A stretch of 64,000 nucleotides of DNA from Antedon mediterranea (Eukaryota > Animalia > Echinodermata), in the NCBI RefSeq assembly GCF_964355755.1, contig NC_092671.1:19902001-19966000 (forward strand), given 5' to 3'. A program made the position numbers and the translations under genes. How positions within the stretch are numbered: position 1 is the stretch's first letter; every line of letters begins with the position of its first letter. This document shows positions 11,615 through 25,700 of the stretch, piece after piece. Under the pieces are notes generated by a model. That model worked only from the letters and a program-made list of their open reading frames with translations, ran no database searches and was not told where the DNA came from.

Positions 11615-13150
11615 GTATCCGGTAAAACTACCCCATGGACAATTACCCCCGGACAACTATCACCCGGACAACCACCCCTTGGACAACTACCAACTATGAC
11701 AATCACCCCCTAGGACAATTACCCCCTAGGACAATTACCCTCTAGGACAACTACCCGCTAAGACAACTATCACCCCTCTAGGATTTCTGACATCCCTCTC
11801 ATAACAGTGAAAGGGGATATTAAATATACTTAAATGCAATTGTATAAGTATATGAACAAAGACTGTCTCTCCCCACCTAAATAAAATGACTATCACAACT
11901 TTAATGCAGAAGAACCAATAAATAATCAGGAATAACATACATTTACCGCACTACGGAAAACACTTTAGGACAACTACTACCTTAGGACAACTACCACCCG
12001 GACAACTATCCCCTAGGATAACTACCTCCAAGTACAACTTGTATTTTATTTAGATTCCATCGGATCTGGGACATAATCCTGTCAGATATCCTGGACATAA
12101 TCGTTGACCTACTTTATGTTAACACTTTTCTGTTAAACTTTAGTGTTAGTGTTGCTTATCTTTTGTTTTATATTATTTAGTTATGTATCTATGATCCTAT
12201 TTATTATGAGTTTGAAGTATTAACCAATGTTTGGTCTTAACCAGTCTATTTTAATTATATTAAATTTGTAAAGGTGTGTCAATGCTGGCTGTGACGTCCC
12301 ATCGAAAGCATGTGTGATCTGGGAAGAGTTAATTTAACTCTAACCCTGGTGTGATGTATGTGTTATTTAGTTTGTATTGTAAAATCTGGAATAAATTGAA
12401 TTGAATATTTCCCTAGGAAAACTACCCCTCAGAACAACAACACACTCTAGACAACAATACCTCTAGAATAACTAATATCATGGGACCTACACCTAAGTCT
12501 TTTCAATTTTGAAGGTGCCATATAGAAATATAGGAACACAGTTAACCTAGCTGCACCACTCAATCGAAAATTATATCATTTTTATCAGCCCCTTCCTATA
12601 GATACAATAAATTTAAATCTTCATCTGACAGGACTCCTGTAATTGGAGGTATGACATTGTATATTATGGTGGTGGTTATAGTTTGATCTATAATTTGTCA
12701 ATATCCCGGGTTTGATAAGTATTAAAGGTCTAGGACAACTACCCCCTGGAACAACTACCACCCGGACAACTACCACCCGGACAACTACCACCAGGACAAT
12801 TACCACCCGGACAATTACCCTTCTAGGACAACTACCACCGGATAACTACCCTCTTTGGACAATTACCCCCTAGAAAAACTACCAATTAGGACAACTATCC
12901 CTTAGGACAACTATCTCCTTGGATAATTACTCTCTAGGACAACTACCCTCTAGGACAATTACTTTCTAGGACAACTACCCTCTAGGACAATTACTCGCTA
13001 GGACAATTATCCCCTAGAATAACTACTCCTAGGACAATTACTCTTTAGGACAACTACCCTCTAGGACAACTACCCTTTAGGACAACTTATACCCACTAGG
13101 AAAACTACTTCCTTAGGACAACTACAACTTAGGACAATTATCTCCTGGAC
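11615..13150 (+). repeat. Interrupted minisatellite, unit about 17-19 bp (GGACAACTACCCYCTA)
   Basis: Arrays at about 11625-11780, 11965-12035, 12410-12480 and 12730-13150, split by unrelated inserts including a probable LINE 3' tail (AATAAATTGAATTGAA near 12390). Confidence 0.85.
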
Positions 13151-14252
13151 GATTGGTAATCATTAACAAGGTGCTTCTTTTGGTGCAAATTGTAAATCAA
13201 ATTGTGTGGGGAGGAGACTACATGGGTGGTGTACCACACTATGCACTTTACAGTATTTGACGTGGAATTATGAACATATTATACCTATCTTATAATTTAT
13301 ATCGACGTATGTAACTAACATTTGTAGTCTATTTTGTAATAAATAGCGATATTTATTTTTTTAAACTTCTAGGAAAAACGATGTATGTATGACTCAATTG
13401 CAAAAGTTAGCTATGTTTTCATAACAGGATGACTAAGAAATATGCATTTGTCGGAGGAGAGGGGTTGATTTGCTAATCGTCTAATGGAATCAATTAATTA
13501 ATATTATAAGCTTTCTTTTAAAATCTAAAGCTAAATTAGGTGGTTCTTTTAGAATACGAATTGGAATAAAATAAAATAAGTAGAAAAGTTTAAGTTATAC
13601 ATAAACATATCTTCGGTATAATTATTCTTTAGGTCCTAAAAACGTTTATTGTCCTATTTTCTCAGGTATGGGGAGAAAATAATTAACTTCCTCTATGAAG
13701 TAGTAACATTCAAACAAATATTCCATATTTACTGGCAATAAACGTATAATGTCATTAACGTGTTGAAGAAATTTGGACACGTAGAATATAGATGCGCGCT
13801 CTTTTAAATGTGGTGAACTATGACGCAAAAGATGAAAATATGACTTTTTAAATTCAACTTGCTATATGAGGACGTCACAACATCCGACAACAAAATGTTC
13901 ACATGAATTCATATCTACAATTCCAGAAACTGTTTTTATAATGAGTATCGCTTATTCTGAGGAGCTATAACATATTTAATTTAATAATTTACTGTAAATA
14001 TGAAAATAAGTGACCCACGTTATTCACACTTTTGAACATGATGACGTCATCAAAATTAAATGTTTGTAACTCCTACAAAAGATACTTGAAACAAGTTTTA
14101 ATATCTGGGAGAAATTAAGTTACATTAATAATAATTATTTATATAGGTTTAATGGATATAAATATAAAAACGATAAAGATAAATATGATAATAAATGTCT
14201 GTTAACAAAATATTTAATATAAATGAGTATATTTGTACTATGAATTATAATG

Positions 14253-15635
14253 TACTAGATCGTGCCCACAGATGGTTCTCGAATACATAATAATTTCAGC
14301 GTTAAAAAACTGGCGATTTCAAATGTACGTGCCGCAGGACAATAATACATGTCGGTTACAGGAACGAATAAAATAGACACTGTGATTTATGTACTCAACT
14401 AAAATTAGCACCCTGGGAATTACTTCCGAAAGAGAAACTTGTCACAAAATGAGACCAATTGTTTAAGTCAAATTTAAACAAACTTAATTTGTGTTTTGTA
14501 TGTAACATTAGGGTTGAGGGATGGGGAGAGGATGGGTGCAAAGAGGAACACTTTTTAAATATATTCTTTATCCATTTAGTAACGAAATATTAATTGTTTT
14601 CATGTTTTACAAATAATATACCACTACACACAGTAAAACATTGCGATTTAATACTTTGTTGAAACTATCACCGTCATAGTAGTACATGTAACGATACATC
14701 ACTACAACGTGTATATGTTTATATAATGTAAAACAATTTGTGAAAACCACCTCTATTCGGGGAAAATCATAAATTCGATTTAATCGTCAATAAATATTTA
14801 ATTATCTAACTCAACTTAATTAGTAGGCCTAATGGTTTTCAATTGTTTCTTAGAGCCAATTCATACTTAAGTTGGTTCCTACCCTACCCACCAAAGTTGT
14901 TCTGCGTTTAGGGCATGTGATGTACCGTAGGCCTATCCTCTACTGGTTTTACAACGCTACTCATGCCAGTGAGGGAAGGGTGATGATGTGGGTGGTTTAA
15001 CTGCAATAATAAAGATGTGTACATAATATACGGCGAGTGAAAACGCTAGCTCATAATATCCATTTAAAAAAAATTATATCCAACCTCTGCAGCACAGATT
15101 GAAAAAAAAAATGGATCGAATTTCTGTTATGAGTATACAGTACTTGCCTTTACGACGCCTGAGGGAATAGACGCTGGTGGAACAGAGATTGGAATGTTCC
15201 ATTCATCGCAAATCAAATACATTTGTATAAACGTATATATATTAAATCTATCAAAATAGTATTTTTTAAAGAAAATCGGCCTGTCTTCAACATTATGATG
15301 CTGTACTCGAGCTGTTCCACCGGTTTTCAGACATTAAAAACAATTATTGTAGGAGGAGATAGGAAAATGCGAAGCATCCTCGCATTATTGTCTGCGGGTA
15401 TTTTTCAAGACGGACATCCATTAAAAAAAACACCCCTATTTGAGGCAAATCGTTGAACCTAAATTCGTTTTAATCGTCAATAACTAATTATCGAACTCAA
15501 TTTAATTAGTAAACAGGGTTACATCAGGTGGTTAAAATCAGTACCAAAAGTACGAACCAACTTTATATACCATTGAGAAAACATTCTAGAAATAACGCGC
15601 GATTTACCGAATTTTGCCCTTACGTAAATTTACTT
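14253..15635 (+). mobile_element. Rearranged partial copy of a Helentron/DINE-1-like non-autonomous element
   Basis: About 14253-14825 and 15180-15630 match the 39850-41105 copy; it abuts the next copy head-to-tail. Confidence 0.7.
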
Positions 15636-15640
15636 TGAAG

Positions 15641-16920
15641 CACTCGCTTTGCTCGCGTACCATCAGGTCGTGCCCACAGATGGTTCTCAAATATACAGTA
15701 ATTTCAGCGTAACATAACTGGCGATTTCAAATGTACGTACCGCAGGACTATAATACATTGTCGTTTACAGAAACGAATAAATAGACACGATGATTTATGT
15801 AGTCAACTAAAATTAGCACCCTGGGAATTACTTCCGAAGGAGAAACTTATCACAAAATGAGTCCAAATTTTTTATTTGGACTCATTTAAAGAAACCCAAT
15901 TTGTGTTTTGTATGTAACATTAGGGTTGAGGGATGGGAAAGCGGATAGGTACAAAGAGGAACATTTTTTCAATATATTCTTTATCCACTCAGTAACGAAA
16001 TATATTTTTCATGTTGTATAGGCCTATATTCTATAAATAATATACCTCTAAATACAGTAAAACATTTGCGATTTAATACTTTGTTAAACTGTCACTGTCA
16101 TAATCGATTGAAATATTAAAGTACATGTCACGATACACTACTACGACGTTTATATTATTGGTAATTATTAATTAATACAAACGTTGAGAAGGAACAGTCA
16201 GTATAAAGTTTATTTGTATATAATAATGTGTTTATATATCTAACTGTAGAGCCTGTCCACAATGTCAGTAATAAAGTTTATTTGTATATATTTTTATATT
16301 ACATCTAATCTAATCTATAATAGGTATTTACAGTATTGTCAAAGTATTGCAAGTTTATTCTCAAAGGGCCCATATATTTACCTACCGTATGTGTTAAACC
16401 AAGGGCTCATAAATTTACCTACTTGTGTTAAACCAAACTTTGGCAGACTGAGAGATTGGGATGTTCCATTCATCGCAAATCAATACATTTGTATAATCGT
16501 ATATTAAATCTATCAAAATAGTATTTTTTAAAGAAAATCGGCCTGTCTTCAACATTATGATGGTGTACTCTAGCTGTTCAACCGGTTTTCAGCTATTAAA
16601 AACAATGATCGTAGGAGGAGATAGGAAAATGCGAAGCCTCCTCGCATTTTTGTGGCGGGTATTTTTCAAGATGGACATCCATTAGACAGTGTATACCACG
16701 ATCGGAAAACACCCCTATTTGGGGAAAATCTTTGAACCTAAATTCGTTTTAATCGTCAATAACTAATTATCTAACTTAATTTAATTAGTAAACAGGGTTA
16801 CATCAGGTGGTTAAAATCAGTACCGAAAGTACGAACCAACTGTATATACCATCGAGTAAACATTCTAGAAGTAAGGCGCGATTTACCGAATTTTGCCCTT
16901 ACGTAAATTTATATATAGAT
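15641..16920 (+). mobile_element. Helentron/DINE-1-like non-autonomous element, about 1.27 kb
   Basis: Colinear and highly similar to 39850-41105; ends CCCTTACGTAAATTTATATATAGAT; non-coding. Family assignment rests on the terminal structure. Confidence 0.7.
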
Positions 16921-17111
16921 TCTGTAAACTTAGCAATCCTATTTTAGCAACGAGAAAATATGTACATTTAAAGTAACACTTTGTAAAATATAAATAACTC
17001 AACACAAAATGAAAGAGTAAATTAATATAATGTTTATAATAAATGTATGGAGATGTGTGTATGCGTGCATGATGTACAGTCCATGGTTACATACAGACAT
17101 GTAGGCTACAG

Positions 17112-17427
17112 TACCGTGCTTCGTGTCATCTCATAAAAAAAACCATCTCGAAATCAAGCCTATAGGTTTCATTTCAAGCCAGTATGGCCTTCTTTTCGAA
17201 ATAAACTGTATTTGAATGTAAAAAGAATAGAAATATGATTGTAAAATTGGCAGGGAATTTCTCAAAACATAATATTGTAGGTAATATTTAAAAAAAAGAT
17301 ATCTGTCAGCATTCATTTCGAAAAGAAACCACCCTCCCAAATTTGAAAAAGTAATCTCGAAAAGAAGTCCACTCAAGATTCCTAAAAAAAGAAGAAGCCC
17401 ATTTGCTTTTTTCGGGGTTTTGCGGTA
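17112..17427. mobile_element. Decayed MITE with TCGAAAAGAA subrepeats (inverted partial copy at about 10255-10340)
   Basis: TACCGT...GCGGTA ends; 17145-17200 resembles the reverse complement of 10260-10300. Confidence 0.4.
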
Positions 17428-20426
17428 GTTGACAAATGCCTAGCTACCATGATACGATAATTATGATAAACAACCGTAGTAATGCTATTATAGTAGGTTT
17501 ACAATTGTGTTTTAAATACTTCTAAGTATTTAAAAATTGTTTAACATACAATGACAATAACACCATATTTCGAAGAGAAAAACATAATTAAATTGAAAAA
17601 CAATGTATTACCATAACAACCAGAATGAATAATTCGTTTGAATAATTATTGAATGTTTGTATAAGTAAATGTAGGATGAGTTGAATTGAGTGAATATTTT
17701 CGGCTCCACCTTGTATTGCGTACATATTCAATATCGATTTTAATATGTTCTGAATTTATACTTGTATTCATTATTAGCCATTTTAAGACCAAAACGTGTA
17801 TGGAATGTTAATTAAAATAGTATACCGCGTTTTGATGCATGGAAGTGTGACTTAGTCTGTTTCTCTCTCTGGATATTGGAACTCCGGGCGTCACTTAAGA
17901 TAAGGAGTTTTGAAAAACTAATAATAACTAATAATGTAAATTTAGGAAACAATGGCACACCCCAAATTTGACTTTTTGTATAAAAAAAACGGTGGATGAT
18001 ATTACATTGCGTCTTTTACAACCTATTGTGGACACTGAATGTTTTGATTACATACACCTCCTTTTCGAGTGTGCAGTGTACACAGATTTTTAATGGGAAA
18101 TATTTAATACTATACAGTACACAAATAGGCCTACCACAAAGCTTTGTCAACTCGTTATAAAGAACGGTAAAATATTTAATGATAATATTATTAATCATTA
18201 TATATTTATTTGACATATCAAGCAATTATTTTGTGAGTGGTTTATGTATTGTGTTTTCTTGTTAATGTTGTTTTGGATTCAGCTTAATTAACAGTTGAAG
18301 CGTGCCACTGAAATGCAAAACAAATACATTATTATTTATGTATTACAGTATTCGAACTAGTGTATTGTTATGAAAGTTTTTTTTTAATCACAAAGCAACA
18401 AAGAAGACCAAATAATTATATTCATTAATGTCGTTTTTTATACAAACAGGGATATCATAATAAGTATGATCCTTTCTCTTGCTTTTTACAGTTTTCATTG
18501 GCCTCTAAAGTTTCAAGTCTTGAATCCAAATTTGGTTTTCATTTTGGTATTTAGTATCTTTTTCTTCCGCTAGACCCCCTATTAAGGAACAATGTATTGG
18601 GTCTCGAAGGTGTCCTCTATGGGTTCTTATTACACTCAAAGCTAAAATCCCTTCTTTTTTTTTTATGTTTGTATTTGCAGTATCTGTCCCATCGTGAACC
18701 GTCTCAAATAATATAAGCAATTTCGAAACTATGTATGACAACGAATGCAATATTTATTAATGTCTAGAAAGAATAAGGGGCATGCAGAACAAACAGTGAC
18801 AAAATCAATATAGGTCTATATTCGGAGATCCCGCTTCGGTAATTAATAATGATACTGGAAGATGAGGGCGTATAAATATGATTTCTAAGAACGAGTGTTG
18901 TTCCGCTGTACCATGCCAAAGGTGTTAAAGATTCGTTATCTATATATAAATATTATATAATATTATAACTCTGACATACGGTAGGCGAGCACAATGGAAA
19001 AACTTCGGGACCACAAATATCAGCCTTTGATACTTATCTCAGATGTACCGCGAAAATAGAGTTGATAACATTAGTTCTCGCGATATTGTTTCATATTTCT
19101 ATCTTAGGAAGATTATTATAAAGGGTTTAAAAACAAAAATTCTGATTTCATCGGTATATTTTCAACCCTGCGCGCGGTAGAAGTAGTTTCCAGGTTCACG
19201 GTCAGGTGAGTCAATTGCCTTGCAACTTCCTGCATGCTTTCAACTAAGTTGGCCGCTGGTGGCGATAGCCAATTTAGTTTTTTGTTTATTCCTGATCGCG
19301 CGTGTGAAGGTATATTAGTAGGACCCACATTAATAAAGATCAAATTAAATATATTCATAAAGCATAGGAGGATATTGTGGGAAATAAGTATATAAAATTT
19401 CATCGGAAGTTTTTGTTTGAAATTGAGTGAAACCCCGATAGCCGAGTTGTTGAGTAAAACTGTGCTCTATCTGTCTCCCGTCTTCCGGGGATACCAGCCA
19501 ATGTTGCATGCAAGCCATCTAAAACATTATCTTTCTTAGGAAAAAATGGCCCACTGTGTTGCGGAATGTATTAATTATACCAATTAGGATGGTATTTATT
19601 TGAATAAACGCCCAGAACACCTCCCCAATAAACATCACTTAGGCCTAAATTAATAATCGCCGACCACCACCCTCTCCCCTACCATCTAATAAACGCCCAT
19701 CCACATTTATACACACAATATTGTATTATATTTATAACACAATTATACTATTTTTAGTACACTACATCGGACTGTTATCTACAATTTACCAAGCATTTTT
19801 ATTCCTTTTTACCACTTTTCATATATACTATAGGATTTGATTAAAACTAAAAAAATAAACGTATCCCTCGAATAAGCACCTCCCTCAAATTAACTCCGCC
19901 TCCCCACATCCACACTATAGGCCTAAGGGCCCTACCAAACAATAAACACTATACATTAAAATGCTATTAATCATTTAAGACTCGACACTGTGAAACAGGT
20001 TGGTAATAGGTTTTGTTTTACGAATATCAAGCATTTCAATAATAGTAACCGACCGAAAACATCTAGGCCTTCTAAAAACTCTCTAGCCGAGTCATTATCA
20101 TTCCGAGAGAACCATCGTCTACACTTCCTGGAGGGAGAGCGAGCGAAGCGAGCTTTCCCTCTAACTCAATTGAATTTGAACAATACCATTGGTGGTACGT
20201 CTAATGGCCAAAAGATCAAAGTAGGCCTATATCAAACAGCTCCGACTTAAAATCCTCATTCTCATTGATTTCATCATCTTTATCAAATTCAATTTCAGGA
20301 TGTCACCTGGTTGTTTTTAATTTCGTGTCTGTTTAATTTATCTCTCTTCGGAGATCACGCTTCGTAATTAATATAGGCCTACTGAATTAAAAGATATATA
20401 AAAAAAACTTGCAACCTAAAATATTG

Positions 20427-20771
20427 ACTAGCAACTATACCCGTACCAGAAATTCATACTCGTCCTATATCCTCATGATTACTTAACCAAGTTTCAGCTC
20501 GATGGAAGCAATTTTAAAATTTTACCTTGACCGTTGACATCACATGATCTTGCCTCGACATCAGATTAATACTCGCTCTATTCTCGTGAGTTTCAGCTTG
20601 ATCGGATAAATTTGAGATTTAAGCTTGACCTTTGACCTTGACGACCAAATGAACGCAAACTCGTTCTTTCTGATACAGCGCGGCATCCACCTGCCAAGTT
20701 TGAAGACTCGTGCGATTATTAGTCTCTGAATACTGAATAAAACCGGACAGACGGACAGACAACCATAGATT
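20427..20771 (+). mobile_element. Short Helentron-associated (HINE-like) repeat
   Basis: ACTAG...ACCCGT start, TGACCTT motifs, CCAAGTTT motifs, (GACA/GACG) microsatellite and ATAGAT end. Confidence 0.5.
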
Positions 20772-21637
20772 AGGTAAATTGTAGTAAAAAGAAGATTATA
20801 TTGAATTTTTCTCTGATATAAACCATCTAAAACACTTTTAATTTACTTTTAATTATTTATAAATCTGTCTTATAATCTACCATGATTAATCAATATAAAG
20901 AGGTGGGACAACTAATCAATACTGTAACTAACATATTTGTTTAATGTTCAATTCATCCTTCAAAGTCTCCCTTTATTTCCATAAACAGATATAGATAAAT
21001 ACATTTATTGAAAAATATTATCAGGAAATATTACCATATTTCAATGATTTGTTTGATACATTTAGATCCCAAGTTACACTATCATAACAATAAATCAAAT
21101 TAAACTGGTTTTGAGAGTTCAAATTCATGGGTTCACAGTTGTAGAACATTATTAGTGATCTGTGAAGGGTGAAATTAGGCCTACAATTGTAATTTCACTC
21201 TTCTCTGGTTTGATGTATGACCAACTAATTGATTTGGAATAATAAGTACCGGTAAGTTATTAATCATTTGAAACATAATCCATATTACTATAATGTTTCC
21301 TCAATGTAATTGTTACCTCAAAACGATTTTTCAATATGTTTATTACACTTTTTCACGTAATACAAACATTTACCATATTATTATTTGATGTTTAAACTAT
21401 TCCTGTTTACATTTACCGTATAAATTACATGTTTACATTTAGACAAAGTAAATGTTATACCTAAATCAAGTTGCTTTAAATACTCAATACACATAATCAT
21501 TATTTAATTTTAAAACAATTACCTTTAAATTTAAAATAAAATTGCTGTTGTTAAAAAATCGAAAAGCCACATTTTTACAGATCATAATTTGCATAACAAT
21601 CGTGAAAGCTGTATTCGGCCAGCTAAAATGCCATAAT

Positions 21638-22663
21638 TTAGCAACAATCGTTTTTAAATTTCAAGACGTTGTTATATTTTAGATCATTGTCATCATCTGT
21701 TGAAGAGATAGAAATGATAACCGTTATGATAATGTAAGAACATAGTTTATTATACTACTCTGTTTATGCTTATAACTAATATAAATTAAATAATATAAAT
21801 GTAATAATATCAAGGAGAGCGATGATATAACGTATTTTTCTGTTCGATTCTTATATATCTGAGGTTTTTCTTCCCTCTGTATGCCATACTCGACGACAAC
21901 CATCAATTTTAATAAAATAATACAATGTACAGTAAACAGTAAAAATTACAGTTCATGTTACTACGACATGAACAAGCGTCAATTTGTTGCCACGTTGCTT
22001 GCGATGTGCGTATATTATGTTCCCAAACATAATTTTCCTTAAACCAGTCGTAGACTGAACATTTCTATTGAAAAAAAGAAAAACTCACAAAGCCAATTGT
22101 CCTCACTCGTCCCAGCAGTCTTGAAGTCCGGCAAACTTTTTGTAATAGAGTCCCAGGCGCCTTTACTGATAAACTCCCACGTTGCACCATGATCCTTACT
22201 GTGCATGTAACTGCGCATATCCATGTGAATACCATAGATATGTCCTGTGAGTTGGTCCGAGCCAATGATGTTGTGCATGTACATAGGCAGAGCTAATAGA
22301 GAATATTCATAATTTTATATCAATTATGATAATAATGCTATACTCGGAGATGTTTAACATAATTTTAGAAACATGGCATTTCTAAAATTAGTTAATGTAA
22401 TTTGAAAACCGCTTCTACGTACAAAATAAAATAAGAAGATGAGAAACAAAAATTAAGACAAATATTATTAAAATATTTAAGTAAAAGAAATGGAGATTTG
22501 CATAACCGTACATTGTTAATTCTAAAAACCCAAAGAGATCCTCTATCTCCAGCTAAATTATAGTGATTATCTTAACTAAATGATGACCCGTGGCAGTTCA
22601 TCTTTGAGATTTAGGTGAGATGATGTATATGTATGTTTTGAGGCTCAACCTGTTCAATGTTGT

Positions 22664-22701
<38 letters not shown>

Positions 22702-25700
22702 CTTTATTTAAAAACGGATGCAACTCTTGGATCACCAGATTGGTGTTTTTCACAAGGCCGTTACTTACTACAAAACTATTTACAAGTTATCATTTACAGT
22801 ACATAATGATTAAAAAACAAATGATTTCATGAAAAACATAGAGTTACAAGTATATCTTATCTTTGGTCATTTATTATTTTTTTTAATATATGTATATTAG
22901 GAGCTGTAATTGCATTTGAGTTTATAGCATTTAAACTATTCAATAGCTTTCCGCCAGAATACGAGAAACTTTTCTTTTTGTACTCAGTGTTTGTCTTATG
23001 TAAACTTAGAATATCTTTTGATCTAGTATTATATGTTTGTTTGCGTACATAGAATATGTTTCTTAAGTAGGATGGTGTTAAGTTATTCATTATTAATACA
23101 TTGTGACTGCTTCGTTGTAATATTGTTTTTTTTCCAAAGTAGGCCAATTTAAATTTTGAGCGCCCGTGAGCTAGAGTCATACCTAGATGTATGTGTAATT
23201 ATTTTGGCTACTCTATTTTGGAGTACTTCGAGTTTATATTTGAGGGTTTTGTTACAACGACCCCACACAACATTGCAGTAGTCAAAATGGTGGGCTATGA
23301 TAGATATGTACATTAATGATTGAATATTTTGAGGATTGTTGTTTGAGGACATATACTGTCAGTTCAAGCATCACTGCCTTACCTTTCCAGCTTCCATCTG
23401 GTGGATCATCTTGTACATAACAGGACGGAACAAGCTTGTAATATAGACGTCCAAATGACGGATTACAAGCAAAGATCACCTCACTAACCGGATCGTCCAA
23501 CTTCTTAGTTATGACAAAACCTCGATCATAATAATCTGTCAAAAATAAGGCGAACAAAAACCATCGATGTAGATAGAGAATCCATGATGTGGAAAACCTG
23601 TTCGTTTCGTTTAGACTTATTTAATGTTTTAACTCTTTTAAATAATTTGTTTACTTAGCATTGCTAAGAGGAGTAATTTGACCTATCTTAAGCAAATTCA
23701 TTATTCCAACTTGCCTGTAACCGGACAGTTACTAGGATTACTGACGCACACGGTATGGTTTCCGTCTTCACATTTATAAGCGCCAGCTACGCAACAGTCG
23801 CATTGATTAGATCCCGAGTCGTAATGGCATACACATGTCTGAGTGTTCGCCCATTTGCTGTACCTCATCAATGGTTCTTTTGCAGGGTTTGGTACTGCGG
23901 GCTCCTCTAAAGAAAATTAATAATCTGATTAGACCATGAATGATGTTTGGCAATCTCAGTTTTTTTGCCGAACCCCTTTTCTTACAGGTGTTGTTTTTGA
24001 CATATTTACAAACATATACAATAATAAGAGCTGCTATAGCTAAAAGATGACCATGTTCATATAAGCTTAGTATATAGGTATAAAATTAGATAATATTGCA
24101 TTTTTCTTCATGTCTTTTTTTTGTGCGATATGTTCACAACCCCTGGTTTTAGTTTAAACATTTTTTGATAAGCTTGGATTTGAAGCGCAATTATTTTGAC
24201 ATTAGGGTACTTGGCAATTGTGAAAACTCTGAAACGACCCAACTTCTCTGTTTTAATAAATTAATAATTCTAAAACTACCTTCTTGAATAGGATATTCGC
24301 AGATAGCTGGTAGGATAGAGGTACAGTTCATAATGTCCCAGTCCCCTAGATCAGTACTGACGTTCCTTGTATCATATACGTCTATAAAAGCCGCAGCTCC
24401 GCAGTCTTCAGTCAGGCTGTTCCCAGGTCTGTTTGGTAGCCATTTTGTATAAGACGCTGATGAACCATCTGTCCACTTAAAAACATTATTACCCTAAAGA
24501 TGTACATAGTCATATCAATAACTCATAAAATGATATGCAAAACCATTATAATTTTTTAAGTCATGTTATCTCATTAACTATATAAAACGTAGCCGTGGTA
24601 TTCAGCATTATCAATGCCATGACCGTAAGTTACTTCCAACGTTTTCTTCGTATAATAGATCGGTCAGTAAATTTATGTAAGGTAGTGCAGACTGTCTTTA
24701 TGAGTCTTCAATCATGGTTATGGCTAACACCATGACTCATGCACCTAATCAAATAGTTATGTCATACTCACACCCACATCTTTTATCCCAATCCAGTACT
24801 TATAAGGAGAAAGTACTGGAACAAGATCGCGAAGAAATTGTTGTTCAAACGCATCGTCGATCATGACTAATTGCGCAAAGTCTTCTTCACACGCCGTTTT
24901 TGCTGCATCCCAAGTTTTTAGCGTGCTGTTGAACACTTGGTAACACGTTTTCATGTAAGGTGTATAACCTGACCGACACAATTCTTGATGTATAGGGAGA
25001 GAGAGAGAATAATTTTCGAATCTTATTGTTTTGCTATTGTATGTCAACTAATGGCATTATTTGTACTTATCGGCCAAAAGTTTGGTTGGATCTATCTCTT
25101 TTTTTTTTCTTTTTTATATATAGACACATTGCCATTCTTAAAGGTGGCAATCCTGTTCACAAGACAAACAAACACAAGATGCTCTACATAAACAAAGTCT
25201 TTTGGAGTGGAGTTGTAATTTGTCATTAGAAAAAATCCTGACATATGACAGGACTTGAACCTAGGACCCTTGAATTGGTAGTCAAACACCATATCCACCA
25301 AGCTACAACTCCACTCCGTTGGGTCTATAAGATACAAGTGACTTTATATAAAAATTTTACCGGAAATTTCCCATACATTAGCCACATTACACTCATTATA
25401 ATAAACAGAAAAAGCATTAGCAATTAATGTTTTGGTCTTCTTCTATATAATCAGCAAAATTAACCAAACAATCGAAAGAAATTGTAGTTTTAGTGGATAA
25501 CAGGGATACGCATTTTGAGCAAACATCCAGCTATTGTCAAACTACAATGGTATACGGTATCAATGTGCACCAGAACAAAACCTTTCTTCAGGTCGATCAG
25601 ACGTACGTACTCTTTTAACGAGGGTTTGCATATTTTGCCTAATTAAATGTGTACAGACTCAATACGACGTCCACTTACCACCTCCAATATCTGGTCTATC

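Noticed and set aside
11625-13150. CRISPR-like array
   Set aside because: Eukaryotic context; degenerate adjacent units without unique spacers; no cas genes.
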